DNA from: Actinomycetes bacterium
GTDB lineage: Bacteria > Actinomycetota > Actinomycetes > JBBQFP01
DNA length: 64,000 nt
NCBI GenBank assembly: GCA_038322045.1
Contig: JBBQFP010000010.1
Location: 6,506 to 70,505 of the forward strand
Reading direction: 5' to 3'
Position 1 is the stretch's first letter. Every line of letters begins with the position of its first letter. This document shows positions 54,797-63,487 of this stretch, one piece after another. The position numbers and the translations under genes are program-made. The notes beneath the pieces are model-generated. The model had not been told where the DNA came from. It saw nothing but the letters and a program-made list of their open reading frames with translations, and did no database searches.

Positions 54797-55608
54797 CGCA
54801 GCGCCGGTTCGCTGGTCGTGCGCTCGCTCGCGGGCGCGACGAGAGCGGCCAGGCACCAGCAGAGCAACCCGAACGTGAGAACGGCGACCCCGACCAGCCC
54901 CCAGCCGGCGACCGCCCACCACGTGGGGGCGCAGTTCACGCCCAGCAGCCCCATGGCAGCCGTGGCGGCGATGCCGAGCAGAGGAACCGCGACCAGCAGC
55001 CCGAAGGCGGCGGTCACGGCCTCCCCAGCCCTGCGACGCAGCGCTTCGTCGGCGGCCTGCAAGTCGGTCGTGCCGCCGAAACGGGGCCTCGAGGTCACGA
55101 CTCGCAGGGTGATGGTGGTCAAGGCCGCGCCGATCACGAGCACCGCCGCAAGCGGCAGGCTGTAGAACGAACCGGGCCACGGACCGTGGCTGCTGCTCCC
55201 GGTCGGACAGCTCGCCGTCAGGGCACGTCCGGCCCGACCGAGATCGTCGGCCGACCCGGCCCAGGTGGTGGCGATGAGCACAACCACGAGCGTGACGAAC
55301 GCCGTCGTCACCGATCGCGTGAGCCGCAGCGGCAGGTAGTCCCGAGATCGCCGGACGACGAGCGCGAAGACGGGGGCGGCAAGCAGCAAGCCGCGACCGA
55401 GGGCGTCAACCTCGCTGAGCGCCACGGCAGCGGCCAGTCCGACGGCGATCCCCAGCCACCGGAACGCCAGTGAACGCCGACGCGCAGTTCGCCACAGCCC
55501 ACCACTGTCGGGCACGCTCAGGCCCCCTGCGGTCCCATCCCGAGTCAGCAGGACGACGATGACGACGACGGTCAGGACCACCGGCAGGACGACACTGACC
55601 ATGGCCAT
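54793..55608 (-). CDS. Multi-pass membrane protein of unknown function
   Basis: About 6-7 hydrophobic segments, loop motifs ADDLGRAGRAL and GPWPGSFYS; coupled to the GntR gene. Confidence 0.7.
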   Translation of the reverse strand: MAMVSVVLPVVLTVVVIVVLLTRDGTAGGLSVPDSGGLWRTARRRSLAFRWLGIAVGLAAAVALSEVDALGRGLLLAAPVFALVVRRSRDYLPLRLTRSVTTAFVTLVVVLIATTWAGSADDLGRAGRALTASCPTGSSSHGPWPGSFYSLPLAAVLVIGAALTTITLRVVTSRPRFGGTTDLQAADEALRRRAGEAVTAAFGLLVAVPLLGIAATAAMGLLGVNCAPTWWAVAGWGLVGVAVLTFGLLCWCLAALVAPASERTTSEPALR

Positions 55609-55621
55609 GGCATGCTCCCCG

Positions 55622-55691
55622 CTTGTTGCAACGTGTTGCTACAAGACGCAGGATCTGCGGGCTCTCGACTTGTGTCAATGGGACGACACAA
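55622..55691. promoter_or_regulatory. Two TTGT-N14-ACAA palindromes (putative GntR operators)
   Basis: CTTGTTGCAAC-GT-GTTGCTACAAG (55622-55645) and TTGTGTC-N8-GACACAA (55670-55691). Confidence 0.65.
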
Positions 55692-55731
55692 CGGGTATCA
55701 ACGCTCACGCCTGGATCCGACCGAGCTGGGC

Positions 55732-56727
55732 TTAGCGCGACACTCTTCTCCGCTGCTCCGCGGCGAGGCGTTGCACCCGGTCGAGGCGGGCGAGCCACCA
55801 GTCGCGGGTCTCGGGCGGGGCGGCGAGCGCGGCCAGGGCGTCGTCGTCCGGCAGGATCGGCCCGACCGGGAGATGGCCGGACGACGGCACCAGCGGCGGC
55901 ACCGCCACGTCCCGGGTGAACAGCGACACGGTGCCCAGCCCGCACGCGTAGGGCAGCGACGGCAACACCGCGGCCAGCGCCACCCCGGCAGCGATGCCGA
56001 CCGAGGTCTCCAGCGCAGAGGACACCACCACCGGCAGGCCGATCTGCTCGGCGATCCGCAGGCAGGCGGCCACCCCGCCGAGAGGTTGCACCTTGAGCAC
56101 GGCGACATCGGCGGCCTGCAACCGGGCGACCCGCAGCGGGTCCTCGGCGCGGCGGATCGATTCGTCCGCGGCGATCGGCACCTCGACCCGTCGACGGACG
56201 ACGGCCAGCTCCTCGACCGTGGCGCAGGGCTGCTCGGCGTACTCCAGGCCGCCCGCCACCCGGTCGTACCGGGGCAGCCAGGTCACCGCGTCATCGACCG
56301 ACCACCCGCCGTTGACGTCGATACGGATCTTGCCGCTGGAGCCGAGCACCGAGCGCACCGCTGACAGCCGGGCCAGGTCGTCCTCGTGGGACTGCCCCCG
56401 CTCGGCGACCTTCACCTTGGCGGTGGTGCAGCCGGGGAACCGGTCGAGCACCCCCGGCACCTCGCCTGGCCCGATCGCCGGGACGGTGGCGTTCACCGGG
56501 ACCCGCTCGCGCACCGGCGCAGGCCATCCCCCCGACGCCGCCTCGAGCGTGCACCGCCACCAGGACGTGGCCTCGGCGTCGTCGTACTCCCGGAACGGGG
56601 AGAACTCGGCCCAGCCACCGGGGCCGCGGACGAGCACCACCTCGCGAGTGGTCAGCCCCCGGAACCTCGTCCGCATCGGGAGGCTGAGCACCTGAACGTC
56701 GAGATCCGCTACGGACGGCGGCGGCAT
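55732..56727 (-). CDS. menC: o-succinylbenzoate synthase
   Basis: EFSPF, VPVNATVP, TAKVKVAE, IRIDVNGGW, EYAEQPC, AADESIR, LKVQPLGG; ATG at 56727. Confidence 0.94.
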   Translation of the reverse strand: MPPPSVADLDVQVLSLPMRTRFRGLTTREVVLVRGPGGWAEFSPFREYDDAEATSWWRCTLEAASGGWPAPVRERVPVNATVPAIGPGEVPGVLDRFPGCTTAKVKVAERGQSHEDDLARLSAVRSVLGSSGKIRIDVNGGWSVDDAVTWLPRYDRVAGGLEYAEQPCATVEELAVVRRRVEVPIAADESIRRAEDPLRVARLQAADVAVLKVQPLGGVAACLRIAEQIGLPVVVSSALETSVGIAAGVALAAVLPSLPYACGLGTVSLFTRDVAVPPLVPSSGHLPVGPILPDDDALAALAAPPETRDWWLARLDRVQRLAAEQRRRVSR

Positions 56728-56770
56728 GTGACTCCAAGGCGACGTGAAGGCAGGCACGCGCAACCACCTG

Positions 56771-57178
56771 TCATGGCTGGATCCGGCGCAGCACCGCGAC
56801 GTCGTCGAAATCCTCGTCGACACTGACGATGTGGTCGAAACCGGCAGAGAGCGCGGAGGCGGCCATCACCGCATCCCGGCCTCTCAGTGCCGTATCCGCT
56901 ATCAGCCGGAGGGCCTGGTCGAGGACGTCCGCGGTGAAGTCGTGCAGCACCAGGGTGGACCGCATCCGCTGAGTCACTGTCACCGCGGCCGCACGGTCAC
57001 TGCGCCGGAGTCGGTGAAAGACGAACTCCTGCATCGCCTCGACACTGGCGTGCAGAGGGTAGTTGGCGGAGTCATCGAGGAAGCGGCGGCACGGGGAACG
57101 CATGGGGTGCTCGTTGCCGACGGCGTAGAGCAAGACCGACGAGTCGACGAAGTGACCGAGCGGTCGGGCGCTGCTCAC
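56771..57178 (-). CDS. vapC: VapC family PIN-domain toxin
   Basis: FVDSSVLLYAVG, SVEAMQE, RDAVMAA, SVDEDFD; GTG overlaps the antitoxin stop. Confidence 0.87.
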   Translation of the reverse strand: MSSARPLGHFVDSSVLLYAVGNEHPMRSPCRRFLDDSANYPLHASVEAMQEFVFHRLRRSDRAAAVTVTQRMRSTLVLHDFTADVLDQALRLIADTALRGRDAVMAASALSAGFDHIVSVDEDFDDVAVLRRIQP

Positions 57179-57447
57179 GTGAGCAGGTGACGATCGAGAT
57201 CTTCGGCGTAGACCTGCTTCGAGACGGCCCAATCCTCGACCGGTTCGGCAGGATCCGGCTCGGCGGTGTCTGCAAGGAGAAGCCGCATCGCCTGGACACG
57301 CTCATCGGAACTGTCAGGGAAGCGCACATCGATGGCGTCACGGATCATGGCCGACACGCTTCTGCCCGTTCGGTGCGCTTCAGACGCGACCCGTTCGTAG
57401 CGTTCGTGATCCAAGAGCAGCTGCAGACGTCGCTCAAGGCGAGGCAT
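57175..57447 (-). CDS. RHH-type antitoxin (VapB-like)
   Basis: RRLQLLLDHERYERV...GRSVSAMIRDAID; -10 TACTGT lies 6 nt before ATG 57447, flanked by ATGTG(C/T)ATG direct repeats. Confidence 0.8.
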   Translation of the reverse strand: MPRLERRLQLLLDHERYERVASEAHRTGRSVSAMIRDAIDVRFPDSSDERVQAMRLLLADTAEPDPAEPVEDWAVSKQVYAEDLDRHLLT

Positions 57448-57567
57448 ACACATACAGTAGCATGCACATGTTCGACGGCGCACCGGGCCGCACCGCGCGG
57501 CGCCTGTCGCTCTCCACCCAGACGTCGGTGCCGCCGGGGAAGGACGCCGTCCGCCTATCCTTCGCCG

Positions 57568-58470
57568 GTGGTCTCCGCACTCTTCGACGACACCCAGTGG
57601 CGCGCGGTCCCGGGCTTCGAGGCCCTCACCGACGTCACCTACCACCGGCACGTGAGCGACGGCACCGTCCGGGTGGCCTTCGACCGCCCGGAGGTCCGCA
57701 ACGCCTTCCGGCCGCACACCGTCGACGAGCTCTACCGGGTGCTCGACGACGCCCGGATGACCCCGGACGTCGGCTGCGTGCTCCTCACAGGCAACGGGCC
57801 CTCGCCGAAGGACGGCGGCTGGGCGTTCTGCTCCGGCGGCGACCAGCGCATCCGCGGCCGCTCGGGCTACCAGTACGCGCAGGGCGAGACCGCCGACACC
57901 GTCGACCGTGCTCGGGCCGGGCGGCTGCACATCCTCGAGGTGCAGCGGCTCATCCGGTTCATGCCCAAGGTCGTCGTCGCCGTCGTCCCGGGGTGGGCGG
58001 CCGGCGGCGGGCACTCGCTGCACGTCATCGCCGACCTCACCCTCGCCCGCCGCGAGCACGCCCGGTTCAAGCAGACCGACGCCGACGTCGGCAGCTTCGA
58101 CGGCGGCTACGGCTCGGCCTACCTCGCGCGCCAGGTCGGCCAGAAGCGGGCGAGGGAGATCTTCTTCCTCGGCCGGACCTATTCGGCGCAGGATGCCTAC
58201 GACATGGGTATGGTCAACGCCGTCGTCACCCACGAGCGGCTCGAGGCCGAGGCCGTCACGTGGGCCAGGGAGATCAACGGCAAGTCCCCGACCGCGCAGC
58301 GGATGCTGAAGTTCGCCTTCAACGCCGTCGACGACGGCATGGTCGGCCAGCAGGTCTTCGCCGGCGAGGCCACCCGCCTCGCCTACATGACCGACGAGGC
58401 GGTCGAGGGACGCGACGCGTTCCTCGACAAGCGCGAGCCCGACTGGTCGCCGTTCCCCTGGTACTTCTGA
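57568..58470 (+). CDS. menB: 1,4-dihydroxy-2-naphthoyl-CoA synthase
   Basis: RPEVRNAFRP, FCSGGDQRIRG, VGSFDGGYGS, EGRDAFL; GTG at 57568. Confidence 0.97.
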   Translation: MVSALFDDTQWRAVPGFEALTDVTYHRHVSDGTVRVAFDRPEVRNAFRPHTVDELYRVLDDARMTPDVGCVLLTGNGPSPKDGGWAFCSGGDQRIRGRSGYQYAQGETADTVDRARAGRLHILEVQRLIRFMPKVVVAVVPGWAAGGGHSLHVIADLTLARREHARFKQTDADVGSFDGGYGSAYLARQVGQKRAREIFFLGRTYSAQDAYDMGMVNAVVTHERLEAEAVTWAREINGKSPTAQRMLKFAFNAVDDGMVGQQVFAGEATRLAYMTDEAVEGRDAFLDKREPDWSPFPWYF

Positions 58471-58472
58471 CG

Positions 58473-59618
58473 GTGCCCGCTCGAGAGCTCCTCGCGCTGC
58501 CTTTCCCGGCCGGCCCGGCGGTGCTCGACCTGCTGCCTGCGCTCGCCGCCGCGCTCGACGGCTCGGGGCCTGCCGTGCTGCCGCTGCCGCCATCGGCCGC
58601 GCGGCGGGTCGAGGTGCTGGGCGAGGACGACCCGGCCGACCTCGCGCTCGTCGTCGAGACGTCGGGCTCGACCGGTGCCGCCAAGCAGGTGCTCCTGCCG
58701 GGGGCTGCGCTGCGTGCCTCCGGGGAGGCGACGGCCGCGGTGCTCGGCGGGCACGGGCAGTGGCTGCTCGCCGTGCCCGGCCACCACGTCGCCGGCCTCC
58801 AGGTGCTGGCCCGCTCCCTGCTCGCCGGCACCGAGCCGGTGGTCATGGACCTCTCTGACGGCTTCACGCCTGACAGGTTCGCGGCCGCGGCGGCGCTGCT
58901 GGAAGCCGGACGCCGCTTCGTCTCGCTCGTCCCGACGCAGCTCGTGCGCCTGCTCTCGGACGGCGTCGACGTCCTGCGCGGCTTCGACGCCGTGCTCATC
59001 GGGGGTGCCGCGGCGCCCGCGGCGCTCGTCGGGGCCGCGCGCGACGCGGGCGTGCACCTCGTCACGACCTACGGCATGACGGAGACGTGCGGGGGATGTG
59101 TCTACGACGGCCGTCCCCTGCCCGGTGTCGAGGTGACGCTCGACGACGACGACCGGGTCGTCGTCTGCGGCCCGGTGCTCGCCCACGGCTACCGCGGCGC
59201 CGAGCCGTTCGACGGCGCCTTCCGGACGAGCGACCTCGGCCGGTGGCGAGACGACGGCACCCTGGAGATCCTCGGCCGGGCCGACGACGTCGTCGTCACC
59301 GGAGGCGAGAAGGTGGCACCGGCCTCCGTCGAGGCGCCGCTCGCGGAGCTGACCGGCGTCGCGGAGTGCGCGGTGTTCGGCCGCGCCGACGCCCGGTGGG
59401 GGCAGCGCGTCGTCGCCGTCGTCGTCCCCACCGCCGGCGATGCCGCGCTCCTGGCCCTGCGGGAGGTGCGTGACGCGCTGCGCGCGGCGCTCCCTGCGGC
59501 GGCGCTGCCCCGCGAGCTCGTCGTCGTCGGGTCGCTCCCGCTTCGAGGACCTGGCAAGGTCGACCGTCGGGCCCTGGCATCCTTGCCCGTCGGCGAGGTG
59601 CTCGACCAGGGCGCCTGA
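58473..59618 (+). CDS. menE: o-succinylbenzoate-CoA ligase
   Basis: TSGSTGAAK, SLVPTQL, TYGMTETCGG, GRADDVVVTGGEK, GKVDR. Confidence 0.92.
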   Translation: MPARELLALPFPAGPAVLDLLPALAAALDGSGPAVLPLPPSAARRVEVLGEDDPADLALVVETSGSTGAAKQVLLPGAALRASGEATAAVLGGHGQWLLAVPGHHVAGLQVLARSLLAGTEPVVMDLSDGFTPDRFAAAAALLEAGRRFVSLVPTQLVRLLSDGVDVLRGFDAVLIGGAAAPAALVGAARDAGVHLVTTYGMTETCGGCVYDGRPLPGVEVTLDDDDRVVVCGPVLAHGYRGAEPFDGAFRTSDLGRWRDDGTLEILGRADDVVVTGGEKVAPASVEAPLAELTGVAECAVFGRADARWGQRVVAVVVPTAGDAALLALREVRDALRAALPAAALPRELVVVGSLPLRGPGKVDRRALASLPVGEVLDQGA

Positions 59619-59639
59619 CACCCCGCGGAGGACACCGGC

Positions 59640-60512
59640 ATGGCGACCACGGCCCAGTGGCTCGAGGGCGCCCGCCCCCGCACCCTCCCGGCAGCCCTCG
59701 CCCCCGTCGCGGCGGGCACCGGCGCGGCGGTCGCCGTCGGCGCAGGGAACGCCCCGCGCGCGCTGCTCTGCCTCGTCGTGGCGCTCGCCCTTCAGGTGGG
59801 CGTCAACTACGCCAACGACTACAGCGACGGCGTCCGAGGCACCGACGCCGTCCGGGTCGGGCCGTTGCGCCTCACCGGCTCGGGTGCGGCTCGACCGGGC
59901 CAGGTCAAGGCCGCGGCGCTGGCGGCGTTCGGCGTGGCGGCGCTCGCAGGGCTCGTCCTCGCCTGGCTCGCGTCGTGGTGGCTGCTCGCGGTCGGCGCTG
60001 CGGCGATCGCAGCCGCGTGGGGGTACACCGGCGGGTCGAACCCCTACGGCTACCGCGGCCTCGGCGAGGTCTCCGTCTTCGTCTTCTTCGGGCTCGTCGC
60101 CGTCATGGGGACGACGTTCGTCCAGGCCGAACGGGTGACGCTGCTCTCGGCGGCGCTCTCGGTCGCCGTCGGCTCGCTCGCCTGCGCGCTGCTCGTCGTC
60201 AACAACCTCCGCGACCGCCCGAGGGACGCCGTCGCCGGCAAGCGCACCCTCGCCGTCGTGCTCGGCGACCGGCGCACCCGGTGGTTCTACACCGCGCTCC
60301 TGACGCTGCCCTTCCTCGTCGTCGTCGTCGTCGCGGTGCGGGGCCGTCCCGGTGCACTCCAGGGGCTCGTCGCGGTCGTGCTCGCCGTGCGGCCCGTGCA
60401 CGGGGTGCTCGATGGTGCCAGCGGTCCAGAGCTCATCCCCAGCCTGCGCGACACGGGGAGGGTGCAACTCGTCTTCGGCCTGCTCACCGGGCTCGGCGTC
60501 GCCCTGTTCTGA
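59640..60512 (+). CDS. menA: DHNA polyprenyltransferase
   Basis: GARPRTL, NYANDYSDG, NNLRD...GKRTLAV. Confidence 0.96.
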   Translation: MATTAQWLEGARPRTLPAALAPVAAGTGAAVAVGAGNAPRALLCLVVALALQVGVNYANDYSDGVRGTDAVRVGPLRLTGSGAARPGQVKAAALAAFGVAALAGLVLAWLASWWLLAVGAAAIAAAWGYTGGSNPYGYRGLGEVSVFVFFGLVAVMGTTFVQAERVTLLSAALSVAVGSLACALLVVNNLRDRPRDAVAGKRTLAVVLGDRRTRWFYTALLTLPFLVVVVVAVRGRPGALQGLVAVVLAVRPVHGVLDGASGPELIPSLRDTGRVQLVFGLLTGLGVALF

Positions 60513-60564
60513 GCGCCCCGGCGGGGCCGGGGCCGTGTCGGCCGCTGAGGGGGAGACTGGGGGC

Positions 60565-62325
60565 ATGCCGAGCACCGCACCTGCGACCACGTCGAGCCCA
60601 CTCGGGGCTGACGTCGAGACGCCTCCGCCGGGCAGGTGGTCGCGCTGGCGACCGAAGGTGCCGCGCTACTCCGCGTGGTTCGCCCGCCTCGTCGTCCTCC
60701 TCGCCATGGCCGGGGTCCTCCTGCCCGAGGAGATCGACGCGCGGCTCGACGCCGCCGGCCAGCTGCTCCCGCTCCGGGCCCAGGCCTACGCCACCGCCAC
60801 GGTCGTCGCGGCGAGCCTGCTCATCCTCCTCATGGCCAACGGGCTCACCCGGCGCAAGCGCCGGGCCTGGCAGCTCATGTGCGGGCTGCTCGCCGTCAAC
60901 AGCGTTGTCTTCCTCGTCCGCGGCGTCGACCTGCTCGGGGCGGTCGCGAGCCTCTCGCTGCTCCTCCTGCTCCTCGCCGCGAGGGCCGAGTTCTACGCGC
61001 TGCCCGACCCGAGCAGCCGCTGGGTCGCGCTTCGCGTCCTCGTGACCTTCGGCTCGGGGTCGGCGCTCATCGGGTTCCTCGTCGTGCTCCGGTACTCCCA
61101 CACCGAGACGTCGACGCTGCATGCGGCCGAGCACACGCTGCTCGGCCTCGTCGGGGTGGGCGGACCGGCGCGGTTCCCGACCGATCATGCCTCCGACGTC
61201 GCGACGATCACCCTGGCGACGCTGGGGCTCCTCACGCTGCTGTTCACCGCGGTCGTCGCCCTCAAGACACCGGAGCCCTCGCCGCGGCAGTCCCCCGAGG
61301 ACGTCGCCCGGCTGCGCACGCTCCTCGAGCGCCATGGGGACCGGGACTCCCTGGGCTACTTCGCCCTGCGCTCGGACAAGGCCGTCGTCTTCTCGCCGTC
61401 CGGGAAGGCGGCGGTGGCCTACCGACCGCTGTCCGGCGTGAGCCTCGCGGGGGGCGACCCCATCGGCGACCCCGAGGCCTGGCCGCAGGCGATCGAGGCG
61501 TGGCTGCACGAGGCGCGCCGTCACGCGTGGACCCCGGCCGTCCTGGGGGCCAGCGAGCCTGGGGCGACGGCGTACCACCGGGCTGGCCTGGAGGCGCTCG
61601 AGCTCGGCGACGAGGCGATCCTCTGCGTCGGGGAGTTCAGCCTCGAGGGCCGCTCGATGCGGGTCGTCCGTCAGGCGGTCAACCGGGTCACCCGCGCCGG
61701 CTACACCGTGCGCTGCCGCCGGGTCGGCGAGGTCGACCCGCAGGAGCGCGCCGCGATCCGGGCGGCGGCCGACGGGTGGCGCGACGGCGAGGCCGAGCGC
61801 GGGTTCTCCATGGCGCTCTCGCGCACCGCTGAGGACGTCGACCCCGGGTGCGTGCTCGTGACCTGCCTCGACCCGGACGGGGAGCTGTGCGCCGTCCTCC
61901 AGTTCGTACCCTGGGGCTCCTCCGGCCTCTCCCTCGACCTCATGCGCCGGTCACGTGACAGCGAGAACGGGCTCATCGAGCTCATGGTCAGCGACCTCGT
62001 CCTTCGCGCGGCGCCCGACCTCGGCGTCGAGCGGATCTCGCTGAACTTCGCGGTGTTCCGCTCCGCCCTCGAGCGGGGCGCACGCATCGGGGCTGGGCCG
62101 ATCACCCGGGCCTGGCGCCACGTCCTGCTCTTCGCCTCGCGCTGGTGGCAGATCGAAGCGCTCTACCGGGCCAACGTGAAGTTCCGCCCCGACTGGGAAC
62201 CTCGGTTCGTCTGCTTCCAGCGCGCCCGCGACCTGCCGCGGGTGGCGCTGGCAGCGGCCGAGGCCGAGGCGTTCCTCGAGCGCCCACGGCTCGCCTCGGT
62301 GATCCCCTTCGGCCGGCGAGGCTGA
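60565..62325 (+). CDS. Aminoacyl-phosphatidylglycerol synthase-like protein (MprF/LysX synthase domain, short membrane part)
   Basis: DSLGYFALRSDK, GDPIGDPEAW, LGDEAIL, ERGFSMAL, SLDLMRR, SLNFA, KFRPDWEPRF; about 6 N-terminal TM helices. Confidence 0.88.
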   Translation: MPSTAPATTSSPLGADVETPPPGRWSRWRPKVPRYSAWFARLVVLLAMAGVLLPEEIDARLDAAGQLLPLRAQAYATATVVAASLLILLMANGLTRRKRRAWQLMCGLLAVNSVVFLVRGVDLLGAVASLSLLLLLLAARAEFYALPDPSSRWVALRVLVTFGSGSALIGFLVVLRYSHTETSTLHAAEHTLLGLVGVGGPARFPTDHASDVATITLATLGLLTLLFTAVVALKTPEPSPRQSPEDVARLRTLLERHGDRDSLGYFALRSDKAVVFSPSGKAAVAYRPLSGVSLAGGDPIGDPEAWPQAIEAWLHEARRHAWTPAVLGASEPGATAYHRAGLEALELGDEAILCVGEFSLEGRSMRVVRQAVNRVTRAGYTVRCRRVGEVDPQERAAIRAAADGWRDGEAERGFSMALSRTAEDVDPGCVLVTCLDPDGELCAVLQFVPWGSSGLSLDLMRRSRDSENGLIELMVSDLVLRAAPDLGVERISLNFAVFRSALERGARIGAGPITRAWRHVLLFASRWWQIEALYRANVKFRPDWEPRFVCFQRARDLPRVALAAAEAEAFLERPRLASVIPFGRRG

Positions 62326-62350
62326 GCCTCACGACGGGACGCCGTGCCGC

Positions 62351-63487
62351 TCAGACGAGAGGGGCGTGCGGGTACTCGGCCGCGCGGCGCTGGAACGAGA
62401 GGATCTTCGGGTTCTGGATGACGCCGTCGCGGATCTCGATGGCGTTCTTGATCACCGGGTCGGCATCCCAGGCGCTCGGACCGGCGAGAACCGTGGGCAG
62501 GAACGGCAGCAGCGCCTCGCTGATCTCCCACGTCGTGGAGTCCCACAGGTAGGACGGCGTGTGGTCGACCGCGTAGTACGTGACGCCGTCGCCGACGAGG
62601 AAGGTCGGGCGGTCGAAGGACGTCGGCCGCGCGAACTCGAACCCCATCCCCGTGTCGCAGGAGACGTCGACGATGAGCGAGCCGCGCCGCATCAGGGCGA
62701 CCTCGTCCCAGGTGAGGAACATCAGCGGCGCGTCGGTGTCCTGGAGGACGCAGTTGACGACGACGTCGAAGCCGACGAGCAGCTCGGCCAGCGGGACGAC
62801 CCCGTGGGGGGTGTTGGCCACCGTGCGGGTCGGGTCCTCATCGGTGGGCCCGTAGTGCCCGAGGAGCACCGAGGACATCGGCGCGGCGACGGCCGGCGCC
62901 TGCCGGTGGGTGACGACGGAGACGTCGAAGATCCCGATGCCCTGCAGCGCCTTGACCGCACCCCGTGCGGTGGCGCCGAAGTTGATGACGATGGCTCGCC
63001 GGCGCGGCCCGTAGACGCCGGTGAAGCCGGTGAGGGTCGTGGCGTGGAGCACGGCGGCGAAGCCGGCGATCTCGTTGTTGACGTGGAACACGTGCAGGCC
63101 GCGTACGCCGTCCTCGCTCCAGTGGTTCATCGCCTCCCAGGCGACGAGGGTGAGCCGCCGGTCGATCGCGAGCTGGGTGAGTGCCGGGTCCTGGACGCAG
63201 TGCGGCCAGCCCCAGAGCACCTGACCGGCGTGCATCGCGGCGACGTCCTCGTGCTGGGGCTTGGGCAGGAGGACGACGTCGCACCCGGAGAGCAGCTCAT
63301 GGCGGGGTCGGAGCCCGCCGACGAGCGGGGCCAGCTCGACGTCGGGGATGTGCCACCGCGCCCCGTAGCCCTCCTCGAGGAGCACCTGCCCGCGCAGCTC
63401 GGCCGGGAGCCGGTCGAGCTGGAGGGGATGGATGGGGAGCCGGTGCTCGTGCTCCTTGGCCGACGTCGCGACGACCCCGACCCTCAT
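62351..63487 (-). CDS. N5-(carboxyethyl)ornithine synthase-like protein (AlaDH/PNT fold)
   Basis: KEHEHRLPIHP, WGWPHCVQ, NNEIAG, DVSCD, YYAVDHTPSYLW; ATG overlaps the upstream stop. Confidence 0.8.
   Translation of the reverse strand: MRVGVVATSAKEHEHRLPIHPLQLDRLPAELRGQVLLEEGYGARWHIPDVELAPLVGGLRPRHELLSGCDVVLLPKPQHEDVAAMHAGQVLWGWPHCVQDPALTQLAIDRRLTLVAWEAMNHWSEDGVRGLHVFHVNNEIAGFAAVLHATTLTGFTGVYGPRRRAIVINFGATARGAVKALQGIGIFDVSVVTHRQAPAVAAPMSSVLLGHYGPTDEDPTRTVANTPHGVVPLAELLVGFDVVVNCVLQDTDAPLMFLTWDEVALMRRGSLIVDVSCDTGMGFEFARPTSFDRPTFLVGDGVTYYAVDHTPSYLWDSTTWEISEALLPFLPTVLAGPSAWDADPVIKNAIEIRDGVIQNPKILSFQRRAAEYPHAPLV

Noticed and set aside
57187-59618. Apparent N-terminal extensions on menB and menE in the ORF track (also nuoH, nuoD, nuoJ, rplJ)
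   Set aside because: Artefacts of longest-ORF calling; better starts with -10, ribosome-binding site or stop-start overlaps lie downstream.
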